Shown here one piece after another: positions 46,304 through 54,770 of a stretch of DNA of 64,000 nucleotides. This stretch comes from Candidatus Planktophila sp. (GTDB taxonomy: Bacteria; Actinomycetota; Actinomycetes; Nanopelagicales; Nanopelagicaceae): contig JBCKHR010000001.1 in assembly GCA_038905755.1 (NCBI GenBank), positions 29,453 through 93,452 on the forward strand. Direction: 5' to 3'. The translations under genes and the position numbers were made by a program. Each line of letters opens with the position of its first letter. Position 1 is the first letter of the stretch. The notes under the pieces were generated by a model, which did no database searches, had not been told where the DNA came from, and saw only the letters and a list, made by a program, of their open reading frames with translations.

Positions 46304-46960
46304 TTAAGAGCGTTGGCTAACAGAAGGAACGTATCTATCTACGGCAATAATGGCAACGAGAAGGGCGCCGCCTATAAATAAACCACCCAAGAGATCCGTA
46401 AACCAATGGGTATGGCGAATGAGAGAAACGGTACAGACAGTTAATGAAATTAAAGCTACGCCAGTACTTGCCAATCGACCTTGATATCTATCGACATGGG
46501 CATACCGATAGATTAAATATGCCAACAACCCCCATGATAAAAGCGCATTGGATGCATGCCCACTTGGATACGACATGCCACCTGCATGTAATAAATCAAA
46601 TCCCGAACGCGGCTTAGTGCGACCTAATAAAAGTTTAGAAATTCCAACGATTAAATTTAACAGAACGAGGGAGAGGAAAGCCAAATTAAGCGGCCGCCAC
46701 GTTTTAAACTTTCGAGCAATAAAGATGGCAGATAAGAGAAGTACCGTGCTCGTTAAACCACGCGCCCCTAAATCATCTAACCGTCGCAATAGAAAACCCG
46801 CTACGCCTTCAAATTGCGGTTTAGGTGTGCTACTAATTTTGCGGTCATAGTTAACGAGTGGTCCATTTGTCAGAACTTGTTGGGTAACTAATAAGAAACC
46901 TATGAAAAGCAGCGCTGACCAACGGAGTGCTCGCACCATTTGTTTGCGGCGTTGGTCCAT
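46304..46960 (-). CDS. PAP2-family phosphatase
   Basis: KLLLGRTKP, SYPSGHA and HWFTDLLGG motifs. Confidence 0.92.
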   Translation of the reverse strand: MDQRRKQMVRALRWSALLFIGFLLVTQQVLTNGPLVNYDRKISSTPKPQFEGVAGFLLRRLDDLGARGLTSTVLLLSAIFIARKFKTWRPLNLAFLSLVLLNLIVGISKLLLGRTKPRSGFDLLHAGGMSYPSGHASNALLSWGLLAYLIYRYAHVDRYQGRLASTGVALISLTVCTVSLIRHTHWFTDLLGGLFIGGALLVAIIAVDRYVPSVSQRS

Positions 46961-46962
46961 CG

Positions 46963-48801
46963 TTATTCCACCGTAACAGACTTAGCTAAATTACGTGGTT
47001 GATCTACATCATTACCGCGCGTAACGGCCATTTCATAAGCGAAAACTTGCAGCGGAACAGTCGCCAGAATTGGTTGAAAGAGTGCGGCAGTTATGGGAAT
47101 ACGAATAATGTGCTGCGCACCTAAAACGTGTGCGCCTTCTTCCGCAATCACAATAACGCGCGCACCACGTGCTTTTACTTCTTGAATATTGCTTAACATT
47201 TTCTCATCGAGGCCGTGCCCGCGGCCCGCAGGCAATATCGCGATTACCGGAGTGCCCGCTTCAATTAACGCGATAGGACCATGTTTTAACTCGCCGCCCG
47301 CAAAGCCTTCGGCATGCATATATGCCAATTCTTTTAATTTTAACGCCCCTTCCAAGGCAACTGGATATCCAATGCCTCGACCAAGGAAAAGAATCGTTTG
47401 ATTTGTCGTGAAACTCCGCGTTAGCTCGCGCAGAGGTTCAATCGTTTCAAGAATTTGTTCAATCTGAGCAGGTAACTCACAGAGGCGCGAATATTGCGCT
47501 GCTACTTCGGTGTTATTCATAATCGAACGCACTTGCGCCAGATGTAAACCGATGAGGTATACCGCAATGAGTTGCGTTAAAAATGCTTTAGTTGATGCGA
47601 CTGCAATTTCAGGCCCAGCGCGCGTATAGAGAACTGCATCTGCTTCACGCGGAATAGTTGAACTGTTTGTATTGCAAATTGCTAGAACACGAGCACCGCC
47701 AGCTTTTGCATGTCGCAACGCCATCAAAGTATCCATAGTTTCACCAGATTGCGAAATTGCAATGACCAGCGTTTGAGGATCGATAATTGGGTCGCGATAG
47801 CGATACTCACTGGCAATCTCAACATCGACTGGAATATGCGCCAATTTCTCTATGGCATACTTTGCAATCATGCCGGCGTGATATGCAGTGCCGCAAGCAA
47901 TTACCACGATTTTCTTGAGCGCCTTGATTTCATCCTTGCTCATATGTAACTCGTCAAGAAGTATTTCTTGGCTATCGCTTAAACGGCCTATCAGAGTATC
48001 TGCAACAGCTTTGGGTTGCTCATATATTTCCTTAAGCATAAAGTGACTGAAGCCGCCTTTTTGCGCAGCTTCTGGACTCCAAGAAACCTCATACTTTTTA
48101 GGTACAACAAGATCGCCTGCAAGATTAGTGATCTGGATAGATGTGGGAGTAATTGTCACAATTTCATCTTGTCCGAGTTCAATTGCGTGCTTTGTGTAAT
48201 CGATAAAAGCTGCAACATCGGAAGCCATGAAGTTTTCACCATCACCAACACCGACAACGAGTGGAGAATTACGACGCACACCAACGATAACTTCTGGATT
48301 ATCGGCATGAATTGCCAACAGAGTAAATGAACCGCGCAGTAACTTAACGCTCGCTCGCATCGCTTCCGTTAAATCGCCATTGTGCTCTTTCCGTAAATCA
48401 CTTAACAGATGTGCGACCGACTCAGTATCAGTTTCGGATTTGAATATATGCCCGCGCGCTTCTAAATCGCTCCGTAACTCTGAATAGTTTTCGATAATCC
48501 CATTATGGATAACTGCCAACTTGCCATCGTTATCTATATGCGGGTGAGCATTGCGATCGGTCGGTCCGCCATGGGTGGCCCATCGCGTGTGCCCTATTCC
48601 TGAATGAACTACTGGTAGTGGATGGCCAAGTGAACTTTCCAGGTTTGCTAATTTGCCTGCCCGTTTCGCAATATAGAGCTGCTCCCTTGTTCCGAGAGCA
48701 ATTCCCGCTGAGTCATAGCCACGATATTCCAGCCGGCGGAGACCTTCAATAAGTGGAGTAGCTGCAGATTGGCGACCTGTGTAACCCACAATTCCGCACA
48801 T
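46963..48801 (-). CDS. glmS: Glutamine--fructose-6-phosphate aminotransferase
   Basis: MCGIVG, GHTRWATHG, SQSGET and PRNLAKSVTVE motifs. Confidence 0.98.
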   Translation of the reverse strand: MCGIVGYTGRQSAATPLIEGLRRLEYRGYDSAGIALGTREQLYIAKRAGKLANLESSLGHPLPVVHSGIGHTRWATHGGPTDRNAHPHIDNDGKLAVIHNGIIENYSELRSDLEARGHIFKSETDTESVAHLLSDLRKEHNGDLTEAMRASVKLLRGSFTLLAIHADNPEVIVGVRRNSPLVVGVGDGENFMASDVAAFIDYTKHAIELGQDEIVTITPTSIQITNLAGDLVVPKKYEVSWSPEAAQKGGFSHFMLKEIYEQPKAVADTLIGRLSDSQEILLDELHMSKDEIKALKKIVVIACGTAYHAGMIAKYAIEKLAHIPVDVEIASEYRYRDPIIDPQTLVIAISQSGETMDTLMALRHAKAGGARVLAICNTNSSTIPREADAVLYTRAGPEIAVASTKAFLTQLIAVYLIGLHLAQVRSIMNNTEVAAQYSRLCELPAQIEQILETIEPLRELTRSFTTNQTILFLGRGIGYPVALEGALKLKELAYMHAEGFAGGELKHGPIALIEAGTPVIAILPAGRGHGLDEKMLSNIQEVKARGARVIVIAEEGAHVLGAQHIIRIPITAALFQPILATVPLQVFAYEMAVTRGNDVDQPRNLAKSVTVE

Positions 48802-48805
48802 TGAT

Positions 48806-50146
48806 TTACCCCAGTTCGGTTTTGACTACATCAGCGAGTGATTGTGCAACTGACTGGGCGATGTTATCACTGGAAGCTTCAACCATCACCCTGATAAGGG
48901 TTTCGGTACCAGAGGCTCGCAATACAACTCGCCCGTTATTGGCTAATTCTTTTTCCGCCTTTTCAACTGCAGCGCTAATCAATGTAGATGAGGATAGTTT
49001 TTCTCTATCTACATCTTTAACATTTATGAGTACTTGCGGAAATCGAACCATTTTGGCGGCCAACTCTTGCAGAGTTTTCCCGGAACGAACAACCACTTGA
49101 AGCAATTGCAAAGCGGTCAGGATTCCGTCACCGGTTCCAGCAAAATCGCGCATGATGATATGGCCAGATTGTTCGCCACCTAGCGAATAATCGTTAGCAA
49201 CCATTTCTTCTAAAACATATCGGTCGCCAACTGCAGTAGTTACAACTTCAATGTCAGCGCTTTCCATTGCACGCATGAAACCTAAATTGCTCATGAGTGT
49301 TGCAACGACAGTGTTCGCCTTTAGAATTCCACGGTCCTTGAAGCTCTGCGCGAGGATTGCAAGAATGTGATCTCCATCGACTTCGCTACCTTTAGCGTCA
49401 ATCGCTAAACATCTGTCTGCATCGCCATCGTGAGCTATGCCAACATCTGCGCCTTCTTTAAGAACCGCGCTCCGCAAATAGCTTAAATGGGTTGAGCCGC
49501 AACCATCATTTATATTCCAGCCATCTGGTTGGTTAGCAATCGCAATCACTTCAGCTCCAGCTCTGCGCAACGCTTCTGGCGCAGCAATCGATGCAGCCCC
49601 GTTTGCACAATCAACGACAACTTTCAGCCCGCGCAGTGGCGTTTGGACAGATGCCAATAAGTGCTGCAAATAATTTTCAAGTGCGCTCTCATCGTTGATT
49701 ACCCGACCAATTCCACGGCCGGTAGGGCGTTCCCAATCTTCACCTATGCGCGCCTCTATGCGCGCCTCAATGGCTCCATCTAACTTTCCGCCTCCGCGAG
49801 AAAATAATTTAATCCCATTATCTGACGCCGGATTATGCGATGCGCTAATCATTACGCCGAGATCGCCACCTTGGGCCGCAACTAAATGCGCGATGGCTGG
49901 AGTAGGTAAAACTCCAACGCGATAGACATCAATTCCAGCGCTTGTTAAACCTGCCACAACGGCAGCTTCAAGAAACTCACCGGATGCGCGTGAATCTTGC
50001 CCAACTATGGCTTTAGGGCGCTTACCTTGATTGCTCTTTGATTCAACAAGAATATGCGCAGCAGCAACGGCAACATCGAGGGCTAATTCAGCAGTTAATT
50101 CACGGTTAGCTAAACCGCGTATGCCATCAGTACCAAAGAGGGGCAT
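48806..50146 (-). CDS. glmM: Phosphoglucosamine mutase
   Basis: FGTDGIRG, SASHNP, DGDADR, GGEQSGH and RASGTE motifs. Confidence 0.97.
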   Translation of the reverse strand: MPLFGTDGIRGLANRELTAELALDVAVAAAHILVESKSNQGKRPKAIVGQDSRASGEFLEAAVVAGLTSAGIDVYRVGVLPTPAIAHLVAAQGGDLGVMISASHNPASDNGIKLFSRGGGKLDGAIEARIEARIGEDWERPTGRGIGRVINDESALENYLQHLLASVQTPLRGLKVVVDCANGAASIAAPEALRRAGAEVIAIANQPDGWNINDGCGSTHLSYLRSAVLKEGADVGIAHDGDADRCLAIDAKGSEVDGDHILAILAQSFKDRGILKANTVVATLMSNLGFMRAMESADIEVVTTAVGDRYVLEEMVANDYSLGGEQSGHIIMRDFAGTGDGILTALQLLQVVVRSGKTLQELAAKMVRFPQVLINVKDVDREKLSSSTLISAAVEKAEKELANNGRVVLRASGTETLIRVMVEASSDNIAQSVAQSLADVVKTELG

Positions 50147-50179
50147 GTAACTCCTTCGCTGGAAGGACGTGGTTAGAAA

Positions 50180-50668
50180 TTAACGCTTGCTGTATTGAGA
50201 ACGCTTACGGGCTTTCTTAAGTCCGTATTTCTTACGTTCGATAACACGAGCATCACGTGAAAGGAATCCCGCCTTCTTAAGCGCTGGACGGTTAGCTTCT
50301 TCATCAATTTGATTAAGTGAACGTGCAACACCTAGACGAAGTGCGCCGGCTTGACCAGAAACGCCACCACCATTGATTCGTGCAAAAACATCATAAGCAT
50401 CCTCAGCGCCAACTGTGCGGAAAGGTTCTGAAACCGATTGTTGGTGAACTTTATTTGGAAAGTAATTTTCTAAAGTCTTTCCGTTAATAACCCAACGACC
50501 GGTTCCTGGAATAAGGCGAACCCGTGCAACAGCTTCCTTACGACGACCCGTACCGCCACCTGGCGCTTTTATTGCTGGTCGATTAGTCGCAGCTGCTGGA
50601 GTTGCAGATGAATATGAAGTAGGAACTTCAGTTTCGTCTAGATCGTTGGAAGTTAAATTCTCTGACAT
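50180..50668 (-). CDS. rpsI: 30S ribosomal protein S9
   Basis: [20 protein letters not shown] and QYSKR motifs. Confidence 0.98.
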   Translation of the reverse strand: MSENLTSNDLDETEVPTSYSSATPAAATNRPAIKAPGGGTGRRKEAVARVRLIPGTGRWVINGKTLENYFPNKVHQQSVSEPFRTVGAEDAYDVFARINGGGVSGQAGALRLGVARSLNQIDEEANRPALKKAGFLSRDARVIERKKYGLKKARKRSQYSKR

Positions 50669-50682
50669 ATTTTATTTATCCC

Positions 50683-51135
50683 TTACTTCACTATTTGTGA
50701 AACTTGTTCGAATACATATGGTTTTGGAGCTTGCGCAGCATGTGGATGTTCTGGCCCTGCATAAACTTTTAACTTTGAACCAACAACTTTTCCAAGGCGA
50801 TTCTTTGGCAACATTCCTTTAATTGCTTTCTCTACTGCGCGAGTAGGGTGCTTCTCCATCAAATCACCGTAGACAGTTGAAGTTAAACCACCTGGGAAAC
50901 CAGAGTGTTGGTGTGCCCACTTCTGTTTTAGCTTCTGGCCAGATAACGCAATCTTCTCGGCATTAATAACGATGACGAAGTCACCCATATCCATGTGAGG
51001 CGCGAAAGTTGGTTTGTGTTTTCCACGAAGGAGAACTGCAGCATGTACTGCAAGGCGACCCAAGACCACATCTTCTGCGTCAATGATGTGCCAGTTGCGC
51101 AGGGCATCTCCTGCTTTTGGGCTATAAGTGCGCAT
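50683..51135 (-). CDS. rplM: 50S ribosomal protein L13
   Basis: LGRLA, GKHKP, GMLPKN and HPHAAQ motifs. Confidence 0.98.
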   Translation of the reverse strand: MRTYSPKAGDALRNWHIIDAEDVVLGRLAVHAAVLLRGKHKPTFAPHMDMGDFVIVINAEKIALSGQKLKQKWAHQHSGFPGGLTSTVYGDLMEKHPTRAVEKAIKGMLPKNRLGKVVGSKLKVYAGPEHPHAAQAPKPYVFEQVSQIVK

Positions 51136-51195
51136 GCTTTTCTACCTTCTTATTACTCTCTTGTGTACCGGCGCTTCTCCAAGCGCAGAGGAGTA

Positions 51196-51224
51196 AGGGT
51201 ACCCGTGCTAGCGCGAGGGGTCAA
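51196..51224 (-). promoter_or_regulatory. Sigma70-type promoter of rplM-rpsI
   Basis: TTGACC-17 nt-TACCCT on the minus strand. Confidence 0.75.
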
Positions 51225-51252
51225 AACGCTAAGTTTTAAATGTTTCTAGTTA

Positions 51253-51309
51253 TTCCTCTATGTATCTGCAAAGTGTTAACAGAGAGGTAGGTGGCGGGAA
51301 GTATATCTG
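51253..51309. repeat. Left imperfect direct repeat of the truA-rplM insertion
   Basis: TTCCTCTATGTATCTGCAAAGTGTTAACAGA...GGTGG...ATATCTG aligns with 53347-53396. Confidence 0.65.
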
Positions 51310-51378
51310 GGGGTAGAAGGACGTTTCCCAACGAGAGTCATCTAGGGATTACGGAGCCTCTAGGTTCAATTTAGGGAG

Positions 51379-51434
51379 TTTATGCAGCTGCCCTCGCCGC
51401 CTACCAAGACAGATGCCACCGGCAACTGCATAAA
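51379..51434. other. 14-bp stem-loop downstream of the Ala-rich gene (terminator or structured element)
   Basis: TTTATGCAGCTGCC and GGCAACTGCATAAA arms with one mismatch and a 28-nt loop. Confidence 0.55.
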
Positions 51435-51499
51435 AACTAATCAACCTGTCTCAAAAACGTGACGGGCGATCCGTGGGGAACCTCAATGATCCGGTGATA

Positions 51500-53155
51500 C
51501 TAGGGAAGTGCCGCCTTTACGTTTGCTTGATAAACCTGCATGCCATGACATTTATCGATAGAGATGACTGTGCGCAGTCCGGGGCAGTCGAAAACCTTGA
51601 CATTAATGCCGGGAGCTTTTTTCTGGATCACGTTCTTTAGACCTCCGCTTAATAGCAGCTCGCCCGTCGAGCCGCCGCCGAAGATATACGAGGCACCAGG
51701 GATCGGATCCCCCTTGTTGATGTAGAGCTCAATGGAGCTAACTTTTCCTTGTTTAATCAGTTTCTGCCAGCGAGCAATACTTTCGGGAGTAATCTGCGGG
51801 CCAAATAAGCGAACGTGCCTCGTCTTGGCATCGCCCAACTCAAGCGCGGCGAGGCATACCATCGCGCCGTTGCTGTGACAGTCCATTCGACCAAACTCCC
51901 GATTTCGAAGGCTCGCATATAGCGCTTGTTCTTCCGCCGAAAAACGCCCACTTCTCCATTGGTCCCCAAACACACGTTTTAATTCAGATAATGACAAGCT
52001 GTGCGAGGCGCCCACTGCAAGGATAAAGTTGTATTCATTTGGGTCTATGAATTCTCCTTCCGTCACCCCAGCCAATTGCCTCTGTTGTTGAAGCATTTCG
52101 TTGGCTTTTTTCCTCAGCTTTTCCCCTGCAGGCCCGGGCGGAACGTTGTATCCATATATCCCTGTAGTTCCTAGGACCAATGCCTTGCCTGACGGTTTGT
52201 ATACACGCATCATGCCGCTTGGGCATTTGGGATTTACCGCAGTTATTTCCTTAGTTAATTTACCTTTATTGCAGGTGATTGTTGTTGGGTTCTTTGCAGC
52301 GCCTGCGATAATTTTAAAGGCGGCGGCTTTGGCGGCGGCTTGAATTTTTAAGTCAAGTGCCACGGCGGCGTCTACCGTCGCCTTGGCGGCTGCGATAATT
52401 TTATCGGCGGCTGCCTTGCCTGCCGCTGCCGTGGCGTCTGCCGCTGCCGTGGCGTCTGCTGCTGCCTTGGCGGCTGCGATAATTTTGGCGGCGGCGGCTT
52501 TGGCGTCAGCGGCGGCTATGGCATCAGTGGCGGCTATGGCGTCAGCGGCGGCTATGGCGTCAGCGATGGCTTTGGCTTTGGCGTCAGCGATGGCTTTGGC
52601 ATCAGTGGCGGCTTTGGAGGCGGCGGAGGCGCCGCCCGCGGCGGCGATGGCGACGATGGCGGCGGCGTGGGCGGTGACGATGGCGGCGACGGCGGCCCAG
52701 GCGGCGTCCGAGGCGGCGTCGGCGACGGCGTGGGCGCGGGCGGAGGCGGCGCGGGCGGAGACGACGGCGGGGATGGCGAAGGCGGTTCTGGAGGCGGCGG
52801 CACCGCCCTCGCTGGCGTCGGCGGCGTAGGCGGCGGCGTAGGCGGCGGCGTAGGCGGCGGCGTAGGCGCGGGAGGCGGCGATGGAGACGGTGGTGGCGGC
52901 GTGGGCGGGGGCGAAGGCGGCGGTGGTGGCTTTGTTGGCGGCGGCGACGGCGGCGGCGACGGCGGCGGGGTCGAAGGCGATGGCGGCGATGAAGACGACG
53001 GCGGAGGCGGCGGCGGCGGCGGCTTCGGCGGCTTCGGCGGCGGCATGTGAAGGACTATGTGCAGCGGTGGCTCTTTGAATCTGCACAGTTGAGAACGCAA
53101 GCGCCACTGCGACTATTAGAAAAAGAGATCTTGGGCTATTTTTTCTATTTGGCAT
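51500..53155 (-). CDS. Secreted Ala-rich protein with an internal TITCxKGK...CPxG motif and a C-terminal lipase-like alpha/beta-hydrolase domain
   Basis: Signal peptide; ~250-aa Ala-rich stalk; TTITCNKGKLTKEITAVNPKCPSG; then CHSNG, NKGDPIP and CHGMQVY; SD-like AAAGGGAA upstream. Confidence 0.75.
   Translation of the reverse strand: MPNRKNSPRSLFLIVAVALAFSTVQIQRATAAHSPSHAAAEAAEAAAAAASAVVFIAAIAFDPAAVAAAVAAANKATTAAFAPAHAATTVSIAASRAYAAAYAAAYAAAYAADASEGGAAASRTAFAIPAVVSARAASARAHAVADAASDAAWAAVAAIVTAHAAAIVAIAAAGGASAASKAATDAKAIADAKAKAIADAIAAADAIAATDAIAAADAKAAAAKIIAAAKAAADATAAADATAAAGKAAADKIIAAAKATVDAAVALDLKIQAAAKAAAFKIIAGAAKNPTTITCNKGKLTKEITAVNPKCPSGMMRVYKPSGKALVLGTTGIYGYNVPPGPAGEKLRKKANEMLQQQRQLAGVTEGEFIDPNEYNFILAVGASHSLSLSELKRVFGDQWRSGRFSAEEQALYASLRNREFGRMDCHSNGAMVCLAALELGDAKTRHVRLFGPQITPESIARWQKLIKQGKVSSIELYINKGDPIPGASYIFGGGSTGELLLSGGLKNVIQKKAPGINVKVFDCPGLRTVISIDKCHGMQVYQANVKAALP
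52380..53045. repeat. GC-rich low-complexity and tandem repeats encoding the Ala stalk
   Basis: 18-bp units GGCGTCAGCGGCGGCTAT and GCCGCTGCCGTGGCGTCT, 12-bp GGCGGCGGCGTA units, and GGC triplet runs. Confidence 0.9.
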
Positions 53156-53230
53156 TTAGGGTTCCCTTTCGTTACTAATTGAATTCTTCGAATCCGTATA
53201 TATCTTCCGCCTACGTACACTGTAAAACAA

Positions 53231-53320
53231 TCACTTAATAACGGGTACTGTTTTTTGAGAGATGTTTCCAGTTAATCCACACCAAAATGACTTTGAGTTG
53301 CTTTTTTCAGGTGTTGTCAT
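53231..53320 (-). CDS. 29-aa leaderless micro-ORF or gene remnant
   Basis: MTTPEKSNSKSFWCGLTGNISQKTVPVIK*, with TATAGT 7 nt upstream of the ATG. Confidence 0.3.
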   Translation of the reverse strand: MTTPEKSNSKSFWCGLTGNISQKTVPVIK

Positions 53321-53346
53321 GCTTTGAACTATACGCCGATTGCTTG

Positions 53347-53396
53347 TTCCTGTGTCTACTGCAAGGTGTTAGACAGATCCTGCGGTGGAATATCTG
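53347..53396. repeat. Right direct repeat containing the dyad TGTCTA-N11-TAGACA
   Basis: TGTCTA (53353-53358), CTGCAAGGTGT, TAGACA (53370-53375); shares CTGCAAnGTGTTA(g)ACAGA with 51266-51283. Confidence 0.65.
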
Positions 53397-53407
53397 CACA
53401 AAAAATC

Positions 53408-53469
53408 TGCTTTCATTTTGCTTTCAATGAGACAGATAGCGCGAGACATAGCAGGACATAAGCAGGACA
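53408..53469. repeat. Two pairs of 8-bp direct repeats, each with an 11-bp period
   Basis: TGCTTTCA at 53408 and 53419; GCAGGACA at 53451 and 53462; degenerate GCGAGACA at 53441. Confidence 0.75.
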
Positions 53470-53523
53470 CTTTCACGCTTAAATCACAGAAAAGAGCGAA
53501 GAGCTAGAACCATAGAGACACGC

Positions 53524-54354
53524 TCAGATAAGCGTTCTGGGAAACGCCTTTTTAGCCGCGCTTTCGAGTATTTGAGCGTTACTTGGGTAGGCCACATCGC
53601 TGAGAGTCAGGCCTCTGGCAGGAAAAACCATCGAGTCGCTAACCCGCTCCTTATTGGCTAAGAGGTTGCCAATCCACTGGAGATCTTTTCGCCCATCAAC
53701 GACGCAGACAACTGCTCCAACTAAATTGCGGACCATTGAGTAGCAGAAAGCATCCGCAACAACTTCGGCGACGAGATAGCCATCTTGATTTCGAGCCCAG
53801 AAATATTTCTCTAAAGTGCGAATCGTAGTTCCGTCTTCGCGAAATTTACAGAAAGCTGCAAAATCATGTTCTCCTAAGAGAAGGGCGCTTGCTTGATTCA
53901 TGCGCTCGAGCTCAAGTGGGCGATACCAAGGGGCAATATCAGAACGATTGAGCGGAGAAACAACTGAATTATTATCTAGAATCTTGTAAATGTAAGTGCG
54001 GCGCAGTGCTGAGAAGCGAGCATGGAAACCAAGCGGTGCCACGCCAATTTTAATGACTCTTACATCTTCATCAAGCATTCGGTTGAGTTTATAAAGAAGA
54101 TCTTCAAAGAGAATATTTTCTGGCAGATCAACATGGATGACTTGGCCAGTGGCATGAACACCTGCATCAGTTCGACCTGCCACGATGGACTCAATCGGTG
54201 CACGTACAATTTTACTGATTGCGCTTTCAACAACACCTTGAACAGTACGAAGTTCTGGTTGCTTAGCCCAGCCAGAAAAACTACTACCGTCGTACGCTAA
54301 ATCAATTCTTAAACGACGGAACCCACTCTCGGGATAGCGAGTGGGTTCCGTCAT
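53524..54354 (-). CDS. truA: tRNA pseudouridine(38-40) synthase
   Basis: AYDGSSFSGW, AGRTDAGVHA, FHARFSA and AFCYSMVR motifs. Confidence 0.96.
   Translation of the reverse strand: MTEPTRYPESGFRRLRIDLAYDGSSFSGWAKQPELRTVQGVVESAISKIVRAPIESIVAGRTDAGVHATGQVIHVDLPENILFEDLLYKLNRMLDEDVRVIKIGVAPLGFHARFSALRRTYIYKILDNNSVVSPLNRSDIAPWYRPLELERMNQASALLLGEHDFAAFCKFREDGTTIRTLEKYFWARNQDGYLVAEVVADAFCYSMVRNLVGAVVCVVDGRKDLQWIGNLLANKERVSDSMVFPARGLTLSDVAYPSNAQILESAAKKAFPRTLI
54315..54352 (-). terminator. 14-bp perfect hairpin after rplQ, embedded in the first truA codons
   Basis: GACGGAACCCACTC pairs with GAGTGGGTTCCGTC. Confidence 0.7.
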
Positions 54355-54380
54355 GAAAGTGGATTTCTAAGTTGTGAGGC

Positions 54381-54746
54381 TTAGTTATCTTTCTCAGTGA
54401 GAACTTCAATAACCGCCATAGGTGCGTTATCGCCCTTACGTGGCCCAATTTTTGTAATACGTGTATATCCACCATTACGTGAAACGAAACGTGGTCCGAT
54501 TACCGTGAAAAGCGTATGTACAACGCTCTTATTTGAAATCTGCGCCATCACTCGACGACGAGCTGAAAGATCACCCTTCTTTGCAAAAGTGATTAACTTT
54601 TCAGCCAGTGGACGCAAACGCTTTGCTTTTGCCTCCGTCGTTGTGATCTTGCCGTGTTCAAAGAGTTGCGCTGCAAGGGTACGAAGGAGTAACCGCTCAT
54701 GTGCTGGGCCTGAACCCAAACGAGGGCCTTTACTTGGTTTTGGCAT
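54381..54746 (-). CDS. rplQ: 50S ribosomal protein L17
   Basis: [17 protein letters not shown] and RKGDNAPMA motifs. Confidence 0.97.
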   Translation of the reverse strand: MPKPSKGPRLGSGPAHERLLLRTLAAQLFEHGKITTTEAKAKRLRPLAEKLITFAKKGDLSARRRVMAQISNKSVVHTLFTVIGPRFVSRNGGYTRITKIGPRKGDNAPMAVIEVLTEKDN

Positions 54747-54770
54747 CTTTCTTCTCCAGTTTCCTTCTAC

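Noticed and set aside
48802-48805. glmS ribozyme
   Set aside because: glmM and glmS are separated by only 4 nt, leaving no room for a leader.
50151-50167. TCCTTC-GCTG-GAAGGA hairpin covering the glmM SD
   Set aside because: Only a 6-bp stem with no U-tract; too weak to call a terminator or switch from sequence alone.
52500-52610. Regular 18-bp repeats as a CRISPR-like array
   Set aside because: Contiguous coding tandem repeats without unique spacers, and no cas genes.
52552-53100. Pro-rich 182-aa ORF (-) and Gly-rich ORFs (+; 52667-53050, 52383-52829)
   Set aside because: Stop-free shadow frames of the GCC-repeat tract. Only the Ala frame has a signal peptide, an RBS and continuity into non-repetitive domains.
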